64,000 nucleotides of DNA from an uncultured Gammaproteobacteria bacterium (GCA_947259075.1 CAMYKQ010000038.1:18750-82749); one strand, 5' to 3'. Shown: positions 1-11,064, counted from the stretch's first letter. Notes: generated by a model from the letters alone, not told the origin. Translations and numbers: made by a program.

Positions 1-1658
1 CGCTCTCGGTCTTTGTCGCCATTCTCACCGACACAACGAAGCGAAGTGCCGCTGAGGCGAAATACAAATATTTGTTTGATTCCTCTCCCGACGCCATCCT
101 GATAATGGATGATCGAAATTTCACGGAGTGTAATAGAGCCGCGCTGAAGATGTTCGGCGTGGACTCGCGAGAGTCCTTGTCGTCTTTATGGACTGGAATT
201 ATTTTAGAAGACATAACCGCTCCCCCAGCTTGGGCAAGCCGAATGGTGCGGTTGAGTAAGATTGTTGGCTTGGCGGAATTCAATGGTGAGATATTGTTGC
301 GGCGTGCCAATGGAGAATATTTTCCAGCATGGCTTATATTGAGTCCGCTTATGGAAAATGGCAGGGAGTCGAGTCAGCTGATTCTGCGCGACGTTAGCGC
401 GCAAAAGCGGATTGAGAATGCCTTGCGCGAAAGTGAGGAGCGCTTTTCCTTGGCCATCGCGGGCGCTAATGATGGCTTATGGGATTGGAATTTGAAGACG
501 AATGAAGTTATTTTTTCCCCGCGCTGGAAAAGTATGTTGGGTTATGAAGATCATGAGCTCGCCAATCATTTGAGTTCTTGGAGTGACAATGTGCATGCGG
601 ATGATATCGGTTCTGCGATGCGTGAGGTCGAGGACTATTTGAGCGGGAAGATAAGTGAGTATTCCATCGAGTTCCGGATGAGGCATAAGCTGGGTCATTA
701 CGTCGACTTGTTGTCGCGCGGTATTATCGTGCGTGATGGGGGCGGAGTGCCAAGCCGTTTTGTTGGTACCCACGTGGACATGAGCGAGAGAAAAAGATCA
801 GAACAGTTGTTGCGGTTGCGTTGCGGTGAATTGGCAAAAGCTAATGAAACTATTGCGATGACCCAGGCTCAATTATTTCAGTCTGAGAAAATGGCCTCTA
901 TCGGTGAGTTGGCTGCTGGTATCGCGCATGAGATCAATAATCCAGTGGGGTTTGTCAGTTCAAATTTAAGCACGCTCAAAGAGTATTCAGAAAATTTGCT
1001 TGGCTTGATTGAATTGTACGCGCGTATGGAGGTGTGTCCCGATGATGGGGCGCATTTGAAGGATATTATGGCGTTCAGGGCGCAGATCGATCTTGATTAT
1101 ATTAAAGGTGATGTGCATAAGCTGATCACGGAAAGTGAGGAGGGTGTTGGTCGGGTCGCACGTATCGTGAAGGATCTGAAGTCGTTTTCTCATGCGGGGC
1201 AAGGAGATTACCAGCTTAGTGATTTGCATGAAGGCTTGGAGTCAACCCTCAATATTGCGCATAACGAAATTAAATATAGAGCGGAGCTTGTGAGGAAGTA
1301 TGGCGACTTGCCGTCAATAAATTGTAATCCATCTCAGATCAATCAAGTGTTCATGAATTTAATCATTAACGCGGCTCAGGCGATTGAGTCGCGGGGTACA
1401 ATCACGATACGCAGTGGCAGGCGAGGTGATGAGTGGGGATGGGTGGAAATTAGTGATACGGGGTCCGGTATTCGCGATAATCTAAAAACCCGGATATTCG
1501 AGCCGTTCTTCACTACTAAAGAGGTAGGTAAAGGCACGGGCTTGGGTCTCGCCATCAGTTACCGGATTATTGAAAATCATGGCGGCCGCATTGAGGTGGA
1601 GAGCGTATTAGGTGAGGGCTCCACGTTTCGTGTGTTGTTGCCTCTCAAGATGGGATGA
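1..1658 (+). CDS. PAS/PAC-domain sensor histidine kinase (HisKA + HATPase_c). The reading frame is open to the window start, so the gene is probably 5'-truncated here; the ORF track gives a TTG at position 72 as the first start.
   Basis: Two PAS-like segments (LFDSSPDAILIMD; FSLAIAGANDGLWDWN). H-box SEKMASIGELAAGIAHEINNP. C-terminal G1/G2 ATPase motifs (ISDTGSGI, GKGTGLGLAIS). No in-frame stop between position 3 and position 72. Confidence 0.8.
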   Translation, partial: LSVFVAILTDTTKRSAAEAKYKYLFDSSPDAILIMDDRNFTECNRAALKMFGVDSRESLSSLWTGIILEDITAPPAWASRMVRLSKIVGLAEFNGEILLRRANGEYFPAWLILSPLMENGRESSQLILRDVSAQKRIENALRESEERFSLAIAGANDGLWDWNLKTNEVIFSPRWKSMLGYEDHELANHLSSWSDNVHADDIGSAMREVEDYLSGKISEYSIEFRMRHKLGHYVDLLSRGIIVRDGGGVPSRFVGTHVDMSERKRSEQLLRLRCGELAKANETIAMTQAQLFQSEKMASIGELAAGIAHEINNPVGFVSSNLSTLKEYSENLLGLIELYARMEVCPDDGAHLKDIMAFRAQIDLDYIKGDVHKLITESEEGVGRVARIVKDLKSFSHAGQGDYQLSDLHEGLESTLNIAHNEIKYRAELVRKYGDLPSINCNPSQINQVFMNLIINAAQAIESRGTITIRSGRRGDEWGWVEISDTGSGIRDNLKTRIFEPFFTTKEVGKGTGLGLAISYRIIENHGGRIEVESVLGEGSTFRVLLPLKMG

Positions 1659-1779
1659 GCGGTCCCATGCCGAGCCGCCAATGTGAAGCTATCTTCGTGC
1701 AAGTCCGATGAGTGCGTGAGTGCCGGCTAACGCGTCCGCGTTGGCCCGCCACGCGCCGTGGTATTTTTGACTTTCATTT

Positions 1780-2541
1780 ATGCAATGCTTATCATCGCGG
1801 CTCTTCGCTGCCATTCCTTATTTCATGTTTCGGATCAGTGTGATGACTTCCACCAAAAACATTGCGTCATTACGGCGCCTTAATGCCAATGAGCATGCCG
1901 TTCGCTTCTCTGGGCCGGCGGGTCAGCTGGAGGCGGTCGTGAGCGCTCCCGGGGTGGATGATCAGATTCGCGCGGTGGCGATCGTGTGTCACCCGCATCC
2001 CTTGCATGGTGGTAATCTCGATAATAAAGTTGCGCACACATTGGCGCGGAGCTTGTGCAATGTAGGCGCGGTGACGATTCGTTTTAATTTTAGGGGCGTG
2101 GGTGACAGTGCCGGCGCCTACGATCATGGTGTCGGTGAGACACAAGATTTGCTTGCGGTCATCCACTCGGCGCGGGCGGCGTACCCCGGCTATGAAGTAT
2201 GGCTCGCGGGGTTTTCCTTCGGCGCTTATGTCGCTTTGCATGCCACCCAATATGTCGCGGTTGATCGCCTTATCACCGTCGCGCCGCCGGTTAATATATT
2301 TAATCTCGCCGAGCTTGAAGCGCCTGCATGCCCGTGGCTGCTGGTGCAGGGTAAGTGTGACGAATTGGTGCCTTACAAAGATGTATTGCGTTGGACTTCT
2401 CGTCTCTATCCCGCCCCCGAGGCGATCTATCTCGATGATGCCTGCCATTATTTTCATGGCAAACTGTCTTTGCTGCGCGACGTGGTCGAGCATGCATTGA
2501 GGGAGGGCGAGCAGCGTTACGGTCTTGCGGGTAACGGCTAA
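1780..2541 (+). CDS. Alpha/beta hydrolase (COG2945-like). An internal Met at 1843 (MTSTKN...) may be the true start.
   Basis: CHPHPLHGGNLDNKV... and GFSFGAYVA nucleophile-elbow motifs typical of this hydrolase family. Confidence 0.7.
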   Translation: MQCLSSRLFAAIPYFMFRISVMTSTKNIASLRRLNANEHAVRFSGPAGQLEAVVSAPGVDDQIRAVAIVCHPHPLHGGNLDNKVAHTLARSLCNVGAVTIRFNFRGVGDSAGAYDHGVGETQDLLAVIHSARAAYPGYEVWLAGFSFGAYVALHATQYVAVDRLITVAPPVNIFNLAELEAPACPWLLVQGKCDELVPYKDVLRWTSRLYPAPEAIYLDDACHYFHGKLSLLRDVVEHALREGEQRYGLAGNG

Positions 2542-2659
2542 AGCTCAAATGGATTGTTCTCGGCGTGTTGCCCGTCCCGGGGCGGCAACACGGCCACATG
2601 ATCTGACTCGGTTGTACCAAAGGTCGCATCCGCATAACAGCGGGCAATATTGAACAAGA

Positions 2660-2690
2660 AACGGCCGGGGACTTTAAGTCCCCGGCCGTT
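2660..2690. terminator. Bidirectional GC-rich hairpin terminator between convergent genes.
   Basis: Near-perfect palindrome aacggccggggact-tta-agtccccggccgtt (13-14 bp stem). Lies between the stop of the hydrolase gene (+) and the stop of the first PEP-CTERM gene (-). A T-rich tract follows on the minus strand. Confidence 0.6.
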
Positions 2691-2712
2691 CGCATCTGCG
2701 GTGAGTGCTGGA

Positions 2713-3258
2713 TTAGCGCGCTTGTTTGCGGCGGCTTGCGAGGCGCATGCCCAAAATGCCCATGCCTAACAGCGCCAAGGTCGCCGGCTCGGGTATGCTG
2801 GCGCGATTGTCGTCGTAGTTAAGATCGACTTGGCCGACGACGTAATCACCACTGCTTGCGCCAAAGCCGTTGAAGCTGATGGTGTTGAGGCCGTCGAGCA
2901 GCAAGCCGGTGACGTCGAATGTGGTAAAGGAGGGGCCGGGGCTGCTGTAACCGGTATTGGCGATGAAGTCGCCGATTGTGGTGCCATTGATGGCCACGGA
3001 CACCAGTACATCGGGTGAATTCCACAGACCGTATTTCACGTCGACGCTGGCAGGCAGCGCGTTGGACGGGCTGCTGGCGTTCAAGAAGGCCTCAAACAGG
3101 CCCGCGCTGGAGATGACGTTGTTGCCCAGGTCGCCGGTGGAGGCAGTGACGGGAACCGCCTGTGCGGTTATGGGGCCGGCCGCTAGTGAGAGTGCAAGGA
3201 TGAGGGCGCGCGAGCTGGTGTTTAGGTGCTGAAACATGACTTCTCCGACGATTACCAA
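2713..3258 (-). CDS. Secreted PEP-CTERM sorting-domain protein (exosortase substrate). Likely start is MFQHL at about 3237.
   Basis: N-terminal signal peptide ALILALSLAAGPITAQA. C-terminus IPEPATLALLGMGILGMRLASRRKQAR is a PEP motif, a TM helix and an Arg-rich tail. Confidence 0.8.
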   Translation of the reverse strand: MVIVGEVMFQHLNTSSRALILALSLAAGPITAQAVPVTASTGDLGNNVISSAGLFEAFLNASSPSNALPASVDVKYGLWNSPDVLVSVAINGTTIGDFIANTGYSSPGPSFTTFDVTGLLLDGLNTISFNGFGASSGDYVVGQVDLNYDDNRASIPEPATLALLGMGILGMRLASRRKQAR

Positions 3259-3556
3259 AGCGATCGCATAATATTAATATGTAGTAAGCATTATGCAACG
3301 CAAATATTGCGCCATGGCTGATATTGTCTCTATCCGGCACCAGATTAGATGGGCTGAGGCGGTCGCCGCTGAGGGATGTGTAAAAAAAATCGACACATTA
3401 TCCTAGCCCATGACGAGTCACGGACAGCGAGGTGAGGTCGATTCGCGCATGAATGTGCGCATCGTTCCCTGATGGCCTGCGACAACCGCTTTTCATGCCT
3501 TGTGAGCTAGCGGGGTGCAGGCTATCCCGAGTCGAGGGGTTGGCCTGTCGGGCGAT

Positions 3557-3583
3557 GAAAAAACCGCCAAGCTCCGGGCTTGG
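3557..3583 (-). terminator. Rho-independent terminator of the second PEP-CTERM gene.
   Basis: Minus-strand hairpin gccaagc-ccgga-gcttggc immediately followed by ggtttttt. Located about 65 nt downstream of the stop at 3649. Confidence 0.7.
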
Positions 3584-3648
3584 CGAGCCCGGCTAAGGGT
3601 TCGGAGTGAATGGCGAGGAGCGGCGTATGGCCGCGTTCGCGGGCCTCA

Positions 3649-4440
3649 TTATGCAGTTCGAGTATTGGCTGAACGGCGGCGCGCAAGGCCGATCCCCGCC
3701 AGGCCCAAGCCCAAAAGCGCGAGCGAGGCGGGTTCGGGTACGGCGCCCGCTTCGCTGACAAAGGCGGAACCAAAGGCATTACCCAGCCCTGAGCCGCCGT
3801 AATTGACCAAGGTGGTGCCGGCTCCCGTGGTGAGGTTGATATTCAATACCGTGGTGCCGCTGATGCCGTAGAGGTCGATGTTGTTGTCGGTCGCCAGTCC
3901 GAACACGGCGCCGACACCGATGTTGCCGATCAAGCTGCCGATGCCGGTCGTGGGGTCAAGCTCAATCAAGCTGTCACCAGGGCTGGATGAGAGGTAGAGC
4001 TTGCCGCCGACGAAGGCCAGGTCGCCGGATGAGGAGTAGGGGGTGCCGCCGCTGCCGATCAAACTTGCCGTGCCGGTGCCGGTGTTGATCGAGTACAGAT
4101 TATTGTTGGCGGCGTAGAGCGTGCCGCTGCCGTCGAAGACCAAGGAGTTAACGGCGGTGCCGAGGTTGCCGATGAGGGTGGCGGCGGCGGTAGTTTTGTT
4201 GATTGAGTACAAGCTGCTGAAGGTGACGCCGTAGAGATTGCCGCTGGGGTCGAAGGCGATGTCGGTCATGGTCGTGCCCATGTTGCCGATGACGGTGGCG
4301 GCGCCGGTCGCGACATCGACCGTGCCCAGATTACCGCTGGAGTCACCGACCCACAGCACCGGCGCGGCGCCCGCGGCGGTGGCGAGTGACAGTCCGGCGC
4401 CAAGCGCCATAATGCGAAGATAGCGAGATAGACGAAGCAT
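3649..4440 (-). CDS. Secreted PEP-CTERM protein with internal ~40-aa repeats (possibly beta-propeller-like).
   Basis: ATG at 4440 is preceded by aaaggaa. Signal peptide MLRLSRYLRIMALGAGLSLATAAGA. Recurring G(N/T)LY(G/S) motifs. C-terminus VPEPASLALLGLGLAGIGLARRRSANTRTA. Confidence 0.8.
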   Translation of the reverse strand: MLRLSRYLRIMALGAGLSLATAAGAAPVLWVGDSSGNLGTVDVATGAATVIGNMGTTMTDIAFDPSGNLYGVTFSSLYSINKTTAAATLIGNLGTAVNSLVFDGSGTLYAANNNLYSINTGTGTASLIGSGGTPYSSSGDLAFVGGKLYLSSSPGDSLIELDPTTGIGSLIGNIGVGAVFGLATDNNIDLYGISGTTVLNINLTTGAGTTLVNYGGSGLGNAFGSAFVSEAGAVPEPASLALLGLGLAGIGLARRRSANTRTA

Positions 4441-4662
4441 GGTGATTCCTTTCACTTCTTGCTGTTTGATGGGTACGGCTATTCGCCGACAATGATGCGC
4501 TGATGGCCAGCAGATCCCGTGCCACATGGTTTAATGGTTTGAAATGGTTGCGGTTGGGTCCCGTTGGGCCTGCGAGCAGGGTGAAGGTGTAAGTTTTGCC
4601 GACAGCGCCTTGGGGCGCTCAAGCCGGGGCATGCGGCCCGGCTTGAGCGCGGCGGGGCGGTT

Positions 4663-5880
4663 TCAGCGTGCCGAGTGGCCGCTGAGTTTGACTTCGACCT
4701 TTTCGTGTTCCGCGAGATTGGCATAGTAGTCGCGCAAGATCGCCAGCACCTCGGGGCGCGAGAACTCCGCGGGGACCTCGCCGTTCTCGGAGAGGGCCTT
4801 GCGCAGCTTGGTGCCGGAGAGCAGCAGGCGGTCGCCGCCCTCGTGCGGACAGGTGCGCATGGAGGCCATGCCGCCGCACTTATAACAATAGAAGGTCCAG
4901 TCGATCTTGAGGGGCTGGGTCTGCAGGGAGCCCGCAGGGATCTCATCGAAGATGTGGTGGGCGTCGAAGGGACCGTAGTAGTCACCCACGCCGGCATGGT
5001 CGCGGCCGACGATGAGGTGCGAACAGCCGTAGTTCTGGCGGAACAGGGCGTGCAACAGGGCCTCACGCGGACCGGCGTAGCGCATGTCCAGCGGATAACC
5101 CGATTGCACCACGGTGTCCTTGACGAAGTAATTGTTGACCAGGGCGTTGATGGCCTTGACGCGCACATCGGAGGGGATGTCGCCGGCTTTCAATTTGCCC
5201 AGCAGCGAATGGATCATCACGCCGTCGCAAATTTCGATGGCGAGCTTCACCAGGTATTCATGCGAGCGATGCAGCGGGTTGCGGGTCTGGAAGGCGACGA
5301 CCGTGCTCCAGCCTTTTTCCTCGAACAGCGCGCGGGTCTGCGCCGGGGTCATGTAGACCTCGGCGAAGTCGATGGGGAAACGGCCCTGCGATAAGACCTT
5401 AACTGGTCCCGCCAGATTGACCTCACCCTGCTCCATCACCATCTTCACGCCGGGGTGCTCGGGGTCGGTGGTCTTGAACACCATCGCGCACTCGTGGGCC
5501 TTGTCGATACTGTATTTCTCCGTGACCTGCATGGTGGCCATGAACTCGCCGCTCTCGCGGTCCACCAGCGCCACCTCGGCGCCGGTCTTGATGCCGTCGG
5601 CGGTGTGTTTGTCGGTGGACAGGGTGATGGGGATGGGCCAGAACAGGCCGTTGGCCAGCTTCATGCCGTCGCACACGCCTTGCCAATCGGCGTGGCTCAT
5701 GAAGCCGTTCAGCGGGGTGAAGCCGCCGATGCCGAGCATGATGAGGTCGCCGACCTCGCGCGAGCTGATTTGCACCCGCGGCAGACTCTCGGCGCGTTGT
5801 TGCTCGGCGGTCAATGCCGCACCGGCTAGCAAAAGGGGCTTCAGCGTGTCGGCGCCGTGGGGTTTGACGAGTTTGGACAT
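4663..5880 (-). CDS. sat: Sulfate adenylyltransferase (single-polypeptide ATP sulfurylase).
   Basis: [15 protein letters not shown] and GRDHAGVG motifs diagnostic of ATP sulfurylase. About 405 aa. Confidence 0.85.
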   Translation of the reverse strand: MSKLVKPHGADTLKPLLLAGAALTAEQQRAESLPRVQISSREVGDLIMLGIGGFTPLNGFMSHADWQGVCDGMKLANGLFWPIPITLSTDKHTADGIKTGAEVALVDRESGEFMATMQVTEKYSIDKAHECAMVFKTTDPEHPGVKMVMEQGEVNLAGPVKVLSQGRFPIDFAEVYMTPAQTRALFEEKGWSTVVAFQTRNPLHRSHEYLVKLAIEICDGVMIHSLLGKLKAGDIPSDVRVKAINALVNNYFVKDTVVQSGYPLDMRYAGPREALLHALFRQNYGCSHLIVGRDHAGVGDYYGPFDAHHIFDEIPAGSLQTQPLKIDWTFYCYKCGGMASMRTCPHEGGDRLLLSGTKLRKALSENGEVPAEFSRPEVLAILRDYYANLAEHEKVEVKLSGHSAR

Positions 5881-5994
5881 GGTGTGGGGCTCCTGAAAGA
5901 TAAAGATGACCGCGCTGCGCGGACGATTCGAGCATGCCGCGAAAGGGCGCTATTTTAGCAATGAAATGTCCGCCGGGGCTATGCGGGGGACGGA

Positions 5995-8148
5995 TCAGTG
6001 ATCTTGGCCGCTGCGCGCCACCCAAAATTGTTTGATGAGCTGGGCGCGGTTACGCACCCCCAGTTTTTCAAAAATGCGGCTCATGTGTTTTTTAACGGTG
6101 ATTTCGCTGATGTTCAAGCGCCCGGCGATGGTGCAATTGGCCGCGCCGTCGAGCGCGGCATGCACGACTTCTTGCTCGCGAGGCGTGAGTTTGCCCAGCC
6201 ATTGCGCGGTCCGGTCCGGTCCGGGCAGGGCGCTGGCGGCGGGTTGCTGTTGAATGCTGGTCCAGCTGCTCAATTCGGCGGCCACGGCGCCGGCGAGGCG
6301 GTCATCCAGGCCGCCGGCCTCGCGCAGGCCGGTCTGTTCGCTGAGCAGGTGGCTCAAATGCGTGGCGAGGCGCGGGCCGCGCAGGTCCAGCAAAAAGGTG
6401 TGGGCGGGGCGGTCGGCGGCAAAGTCGTAATGAGGCGGGCAGGTGCTGCGCACGAAGCCGAAGCGCTGCAAGAGGTCTTGATAGAGCGTCAGCGGCGTGG
6501 AGGTGATGAACAGCGCGGGGCGGATCAGCAGGGTGACCAAGTCGCGCAGCAGGACCGCGCGGCCGGCGATGTCGGCGGGGTCGCGCACGTCGATGAGGCG
6601 CACGAACCAGCAGGCGGTTTGTTCGCGCGGGGTGGCGTATACCGCCAGTTCCTTGGGGTCGAGCTGCTGGAAATAATGACGCGTGACCGGCTGCGACATT
6701 AAATAATCCAGGGTGTGACGGTTGACGGGCAGCACGATTGAAATGCCGCGCAAGGCGCCGTCGGGTCCCTTTATTAAACGCACCACCCCGGGGTCGATGG
6801 CCAGTAATTCCCTCATATTGAGAAAGTCGGGCTCGCGCGGTTCGGAGACCACCAGCTCTTTGAAGCGTGCTTGGGTGTCGCGGTCCAGTAGCTCGAGTTG
6901 CACCGAGGTGTCTTCGCCGCGCAGTCGCCGCCATTCGTCCATATAGGCTTGCAGATCGGGTAAGTCTTGCGGCGTGGCGGGGACCATGCGCAGGTCGCTG
7001 ACGCTGAGTTCGGTGGCGCCGAAGAGCGCGGCGCGCACCAGGCCGTTACCCAGCAAGTAGAAAAATTCTTGTAAGGCCGCTTTGCGTTCCTCGGCATCGC
7101 CCGGCGTAGTCGCGACGCGGGCGAAATGGCGCAGGGCATTGAGGCGCATGGTTTGGAAGACATTGGGCCGCCGCCATTGCAGGTCGCGGGCCACGGCGCC
7201 GCGCAGTAAATCATGCAGCGCCCAGCCGCGCCGCGAGCGGCGCACGAAGGAGAGATGGGTCAGTTGTTTAAATTCTTGCAGCTGCACCGGCGCGCCGCTG
7301 AGTTGACCGAGCAGCTCTTGGTCGAAGTTGCGTACGATGGCGGCGGCTTCCACTTGTTCGCGCAAGGCTTGGTCGGGTATTTCCCGCAGCCAGCGTTGCG
7401 CGAGCGCGCTGATGACTTCCGGCCGTTGCGGCGCTTCGCTGAAGGCCGCCGGGCCTTCTTGTTTGACGAGGGCGGCCGCGAGGGATAAGGCCAGGGGATG
7501 GCCGCCGGTGAATTCGAGCGCTTGCGCGGTCAAGCCGGGATCGGTGACGCCGTGGTGCGCCAGGAATTCGCGGGTGTGTTCCAGATCGAAGCTGTCGAGC
7601 GGGATGGGCCGGATCAGTTCGCACCAGGCATCGTGATCGCGCCACCATTCATGCAGAGAGAAACGCCCGGCGATAACGACAACCGCGCGTTCGGGTAATT
7701 GCGGCAAAAACACATCGCGCAGCCAGCCATCCAGCGCGCCGATGTCTTCGTAGGTATCGAAGACGATGGCGATGCGGCGTTCCGCGCTGATGCGGTGCAG
7801 GGTGGTGAGATACGCTTCGTCGCGTTCGCCCTGCAAACCGGCCGCGGCGAGGGCCGTGTTCAGCCGCGACAATAAGGAATCAGGCTGGTCGGAGAGGTCG
7901 CGCGCATCGAAATGGAAATAGAGAGCGCCTTGTTGATCCGCGATGCGCCGGTAGGCATCGAGCAAGGTGCTCTTGCCTACGCCGCCCGGGCCAAAAGGAT
8001 TGAGGATTTCCCATTCGCGTTTTCCCGCCAAGGCCTGCGCGAATAAATCGCATTCGCGCGCGCGCCCCACAAAAAACCCTTTTTTTATGCGGGCTAAGCG
8101 CGCGCCAATAGTATTACGCGCGGCGGATGCGGGTGTCGTCGCGGTCAC
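5995..8148 (-). CDS. STAND/AAA-ATPase + LuxR-HTH transcriptional regulator (MalT-like).
   Basis: N-terminal P-loop LNPFGPGGVGKSTLL. C-terminal LuxR HTH LTPREQEVVHAALDGAANCTIAGRLNISEITVKKHMSRIFEKLGVRNRAQL. Confidence 0.75.
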   Translation of the reverse strand: MTATTPASAARNTIGARLARIKKGFFVGRARECDLFAQALAGKREWEILNPFGPGGVGKSTLLDAYRRIADQQGALYFHFDARDLSDQPDSLLSRLNTALAAAGLQGERDEAYLTTLHRISAERRIAIVFDTYEDIGALDGWLRDVFLPQLPERAVVVIAGRFSLHEWWRDHDAWCELIRPIPLDSFDLEHTREFLAHHGVTDPGLTAQALEFTGGHPLALSLAAALVKQEGPAAFSEAPQRPEVISALAQRWLREIPDQALREQVEAAAIVRNFDQELLGQLSGAPVQLQEFKQLTHLSFVRRSRRGWALHDLLRGAVARDLQWRRPNVFQTMRLNALRHFARVATTPGDAEERKAALQEFFYLLGNGLVRAALFGATELSVSDLRMVPATPQDLPDLQAYMDEWRRLRGEDTSVQLELLDRDTQARFKELVVSEPREPDFLNMRELLAIDPGVVRLIKGPDGALRGISIVLPVNRHTLDYLMSQPVTRHYFQQLDPKELAVYATPREQTACWFVRLIDVRDPADIAGRAVLLRDLVTLLIRPALFITSTPLTLYQDLLQRFGFVRSTCPPHYDFAADRPAHTFLLDLRGPRLATHLSHLLSEQTGLREAGGLDDRLAGAVAAELSSWTSIQQQPAASALPGPDRTAQWLGKLTPREQEVVHAALDGAANCTIAGRLNISEITVKKHMSRIFEKLGVRNRAQLIKQFWVARSGQDH

Positions 8149-8439
8149 GATCGGGTCTGTCTCCCTTAACTGAGCGGGTGGCTATTAGTGTTTTTTGCTT
8201 TGTGCCCGCTCAGTAACAACATTCTACTTTGGTATGCCTACTTTTGGATACTTTTATTATTCGTGCGCGCTGCGTAGTTTATCTCCACTTGGTTTGCAAG
8301 TTAGTTTTCAAACATCGCAAATTTCCGCTATCTATCCCGTGCGCGTCACCAGTGGCAGGGACAAGCTGCTGGTTTTGGCACAGGGATGTGTCTTTTGAGG
8401 TATTTCTTCAGGTCTTTGGTGTTTTAAGTATGTGGCGCG

Positions 8440-11064
8440 CTACCGTGTGCTCGCGAAGAAGGGCGGCACATCCTCCGCCGGTATTGGGCGGCTGAACAGG
8501 AACCCTTGCACCATATCGCAATGGTGTTCTCGCAAAAATTGCAATTGTCTTTCGTCTTCCACGCCTTCGGCGACTACGTTGAGCCGCAGATTATGGGCCA
8601 TGGCGATGATCGCCGCGGTGATAGCCATATCGTCGGGATCGTCGGGGATGTCTTTGACGAAGGAGCGATCTACTTTGAGGGTGTCGAGGGGGAAACGCTT
8701 TAAATAGCTCAGCGAGGAATAGCCGGTGCCGAAGTCGTCAATGGAGAGTTTAATGCCCATGGCTTTGAGCTCATGCAAGGTTTCCACGGTGGTGTCGGTG
8801 TTTTTCATGATGATGCCTTCGGTAAGTTCCAATTCCAGCAACTCGGGCGCTAAGCCGGTGTCTTTCAAAGCATGGCTCACCATGTCGATGAGATTTTTAT
8901 TGTTGAATTCACGATCCGAGAGATTGACTGCCACGCGCAGCGGGCCGAGGCCGGCTTCCTGCCACTGCCGTGCCTGACGGCAGGCGTTGTACAGCACCCA
9001 TTCACCGATGGGAATGATTAATCCGGTTTCCTCGGCGAGCGGGATGAAACTGAGCGGCGAGATCAAGCCCTGGTCTTCGCGGTCCCAGCGCAGCAAGGCC
9101 TCGGCGCTTATCATGCGCCGGCTCGCCATATCGATTTGCGGCTGATAGTGCAACACAAGTTCGCCGCGCAATAGGGCGCGGCGCAACGCGGCTTCCAGTT
9201 CCATGTTTTCCGCGGCGCGGGCATTCATCGCCGGGGAATAGAGTTGATAGGTGTTCTTGCCTTGTTCTTTGGCGCGGTACAGCGCGATGTCGGCATTGCG
9301 TAGCAGGGTGTGGGCGTCGCTACCGTCATCGGGGTAGAGGCTGATGCCCAGGCTCGCGGTGACGAAGAGCTCGCGCTTTTCCAGCAGAATGGGTTCGGAG
9401 AGGGCCGTGAAGACTTTTTCGACGATGTGCATCACGTCTTCGGTTTTACCCAGATCGGTGAGCAGCAGCGCGAACTCGTCGCCACCCAGACGCGCCACGC
9501 TGTCGCCGGGGCGCAGTAACGCGGAGAGGCGTTCCCCCGCGGCCTTGAGCAATTGATCGCCGGTGTTATGGCCGAGGGTGTTGTTGATGTTCTTGAAACG
9601 GTCGAGGTCAAGCATCAGCACCGCGACTTTATGCTTACGCCAGGGTGCGCGCGCCAAGGTCTGCTGGAGGCGGTCGGTGAATAATAGGCGGTTGGGCAGC
9701 AGGGTGAGCATGTCATGGGTGGCCATGTATTGCAGATTGCTCTCCGCCCGGCGTTGCTCGGAGAGGTCTTTCAACAGAAACACGCAGCCTTCGCCTTGGC
9801 CGGCGGCGCCGAGCCGGGCGCGTGAGACCAATACCTCGATCCGCTCGCCATTTTTGCGGCGTGCGAAGGTCTCCACGTTACGCAGGCGCAGGTGCAGCGC
9901 GTCCGCCGCGATGATGAAAGGTTCTTCTTTGGTTTCTTCCAGCAGCATGCCGATGGCCTTGTACGCCAGTTCTTCCTGGGCGTAGCCGAAGATTTCAGCG
10001 GCGGCTTGATTGCTGTGGCTGATCAGGCCATGGGTGTCGGTGACCAGCAGGGCGTCGGCCATGGAGGCGATGATATTGTCCAGATAGCTCTTGGCGGCGA
10101 GGTTTTCTTGGCTGGATTTTTTCAGCGCCTCGGCCATGGCGTTGAAGGTGAGGGCGAGCTCGCCCAGTTCGTCTTTATTGGCGACCGCGACGCGTGCATT
10201 GAGGTTGCCGGCGCTGATCCCGGCGCTGGCCTGCTGGAGCTGGCTGATGGGGGTGGCGATGGCCCGGGCGGCGAAGACCCCGAGCAGCAGGGCGATGGCG
10301 AAGGTGAGGGCGCCGGTGATGAGTAAGGCATTTTGCGTGGAGAGGATGGCGGTTTGCGCCGCCCCGCGGCGGTCGCTGAATTTTTGATTGGCGTGAGTGA
10401 TGGCGTCTTCGAGGGCGCTGAGCAAGGTCATTTCCCGCTCTTCCAAAATGTTTTTGCTGTCTAATACCGCGGCGTTCGTGGCCTGATGCTGCGAGAGGGT
10501 AATGAATTCATTGCTGGCCGCGATGAATTGATCGCCGGCCTGATCGATGCGCTCCGCCAGTTGGCTCGCCGTGGGCGAGGCGCTCTGCGCGAGGACTCGG
10601 TAACGGTGCAGATGGGTTTGATAGCGCTCGAGCCCCGCCTTGATAAGTTTGATTTCGGTTTGTGTCCCTTTCTCGCCGTCATGCCCTGGCAAGCCGCGGT
10701 CATCCGTTTCGAGCAGGGCGAGTTCGCTAGTGGAGGCCACCATCCGCAGGGTGCCGGCGCGCAATTCGTTCAAGGTGCTGATCAGGGGCAGGGTTTCGTC
10801 GGCGGCTTGGGAAAAGCTGGCGCCGATACGCTGCGTCGCCTCCAAGGAAAACGCCGCCACCCCGGCCACCAGCATGGCCACTAATAAATACCCAAGCAGC
10901 AGCCGGTTGCGAATGCTCAGAGAGGCTAATACAGCAGCGTGCGGTTTTGCGCGCGCCAGGGTGCTGGCGCCCGGGTTGCTGCCGGGCAGCGGCTTGGGGG
11001 CGGTCTCCTGGGGATGGGCTCTCTGGCGGCTGTCCGGAGGTAATGCGTGTATCGGTTCGCTCAT
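8440..11064 (-). CDS. Membrane sensor with HAMP, PAS, GGDEF (diguanylate cyclase) and EAL (phosphodiesterase) domains.
   Basis: Two TM segments flank a periplasmic region. HAMP present. [14 protein letters not shown] motifs EALLRW and [13 protein letters not shown]. Confidence 0.85.
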   Translation of the reverse strand: MSEPIHALPPDSRQRAHPQETAPKPLPGSNPGASTLARAKPHAAVLASLSIRNRLLLGYLLVAMLVAGVAAFSLEATQRIGASFSQAADETLPLISTLNELRAGTLRMVASTSELALLETDDRGLPGHDGEKGTQTEIKLIKAGLERYQTHLHRYRVLAQSASPTASQLAERIDQAGDQFIAASNEFITLSQHQATNAAVLDSKNILEEREMTLLSALEDAITHANQKFSDRRGAAQTAILSTQNALLITGALTFAIALLLGVFAARAIATPISQLQQASAGISAGNLNARVAVANKDELGELALTFNAMAEALKKSSQENLAAKSYLDNIIASMADALLVTDTHGLISHSNQAAAEIFGYAQEELAYKAIGMLLEETKEEPFIIAADALHLRLRNVETFARRKNGERIEVLVSRARLGAAGQGEGCVFLLKDLSEQRRAESNLQYMATHDMLTLLPNRLLFTDRLQQTLARAPWRKHKVAVLMLDLDRFKNINNTLGHNTGDQLLKAAGERLSALLRPGDSVARLGGDEFALLLTDLGKTEDVMHIVEKVFTALSEPILLEKRELFVTASLGISLYPDDGSDAHTLLRNADIALYRAKEQGKNTYQLYSPAMNARAAENMELEAALRRALLRGELVLHYQPQIDMASRRMISAEALLRWDREDQGLISPLSFIPLAEETGLIIPIGEWVLYNACRQARQWQEAGLGPLRVAVNLSDREFNNKNLIDMVSHALKDTGLAPELLELELTEGIIMKNTDTTVETLHELKAMGIKLSIDDFGTGYSSLSYLKRFPLDTLKVDRSFVKDIPDDPDDMAITAAIIAMAHNLRLNVVAEGVEDERQLQFLREHHCDMVQGFLFSRPIPAEDVPPFFASTR

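Noticed and set aside
1870-2695. Minus-strand ORFs overlapping the alpha/beta hydrolase.
   Set aside because: No motifs, and they overlap a plus-strand gene with clear hydrolase signatures.
4479-6025. ORFs overlapping sat on both strands (4479-5168, 4675-5394, 5423-6025).
   Set aside because: The sat frame has diagnostic motifs. The others are Arg/Pro/Ala-rich antisense artefacts.
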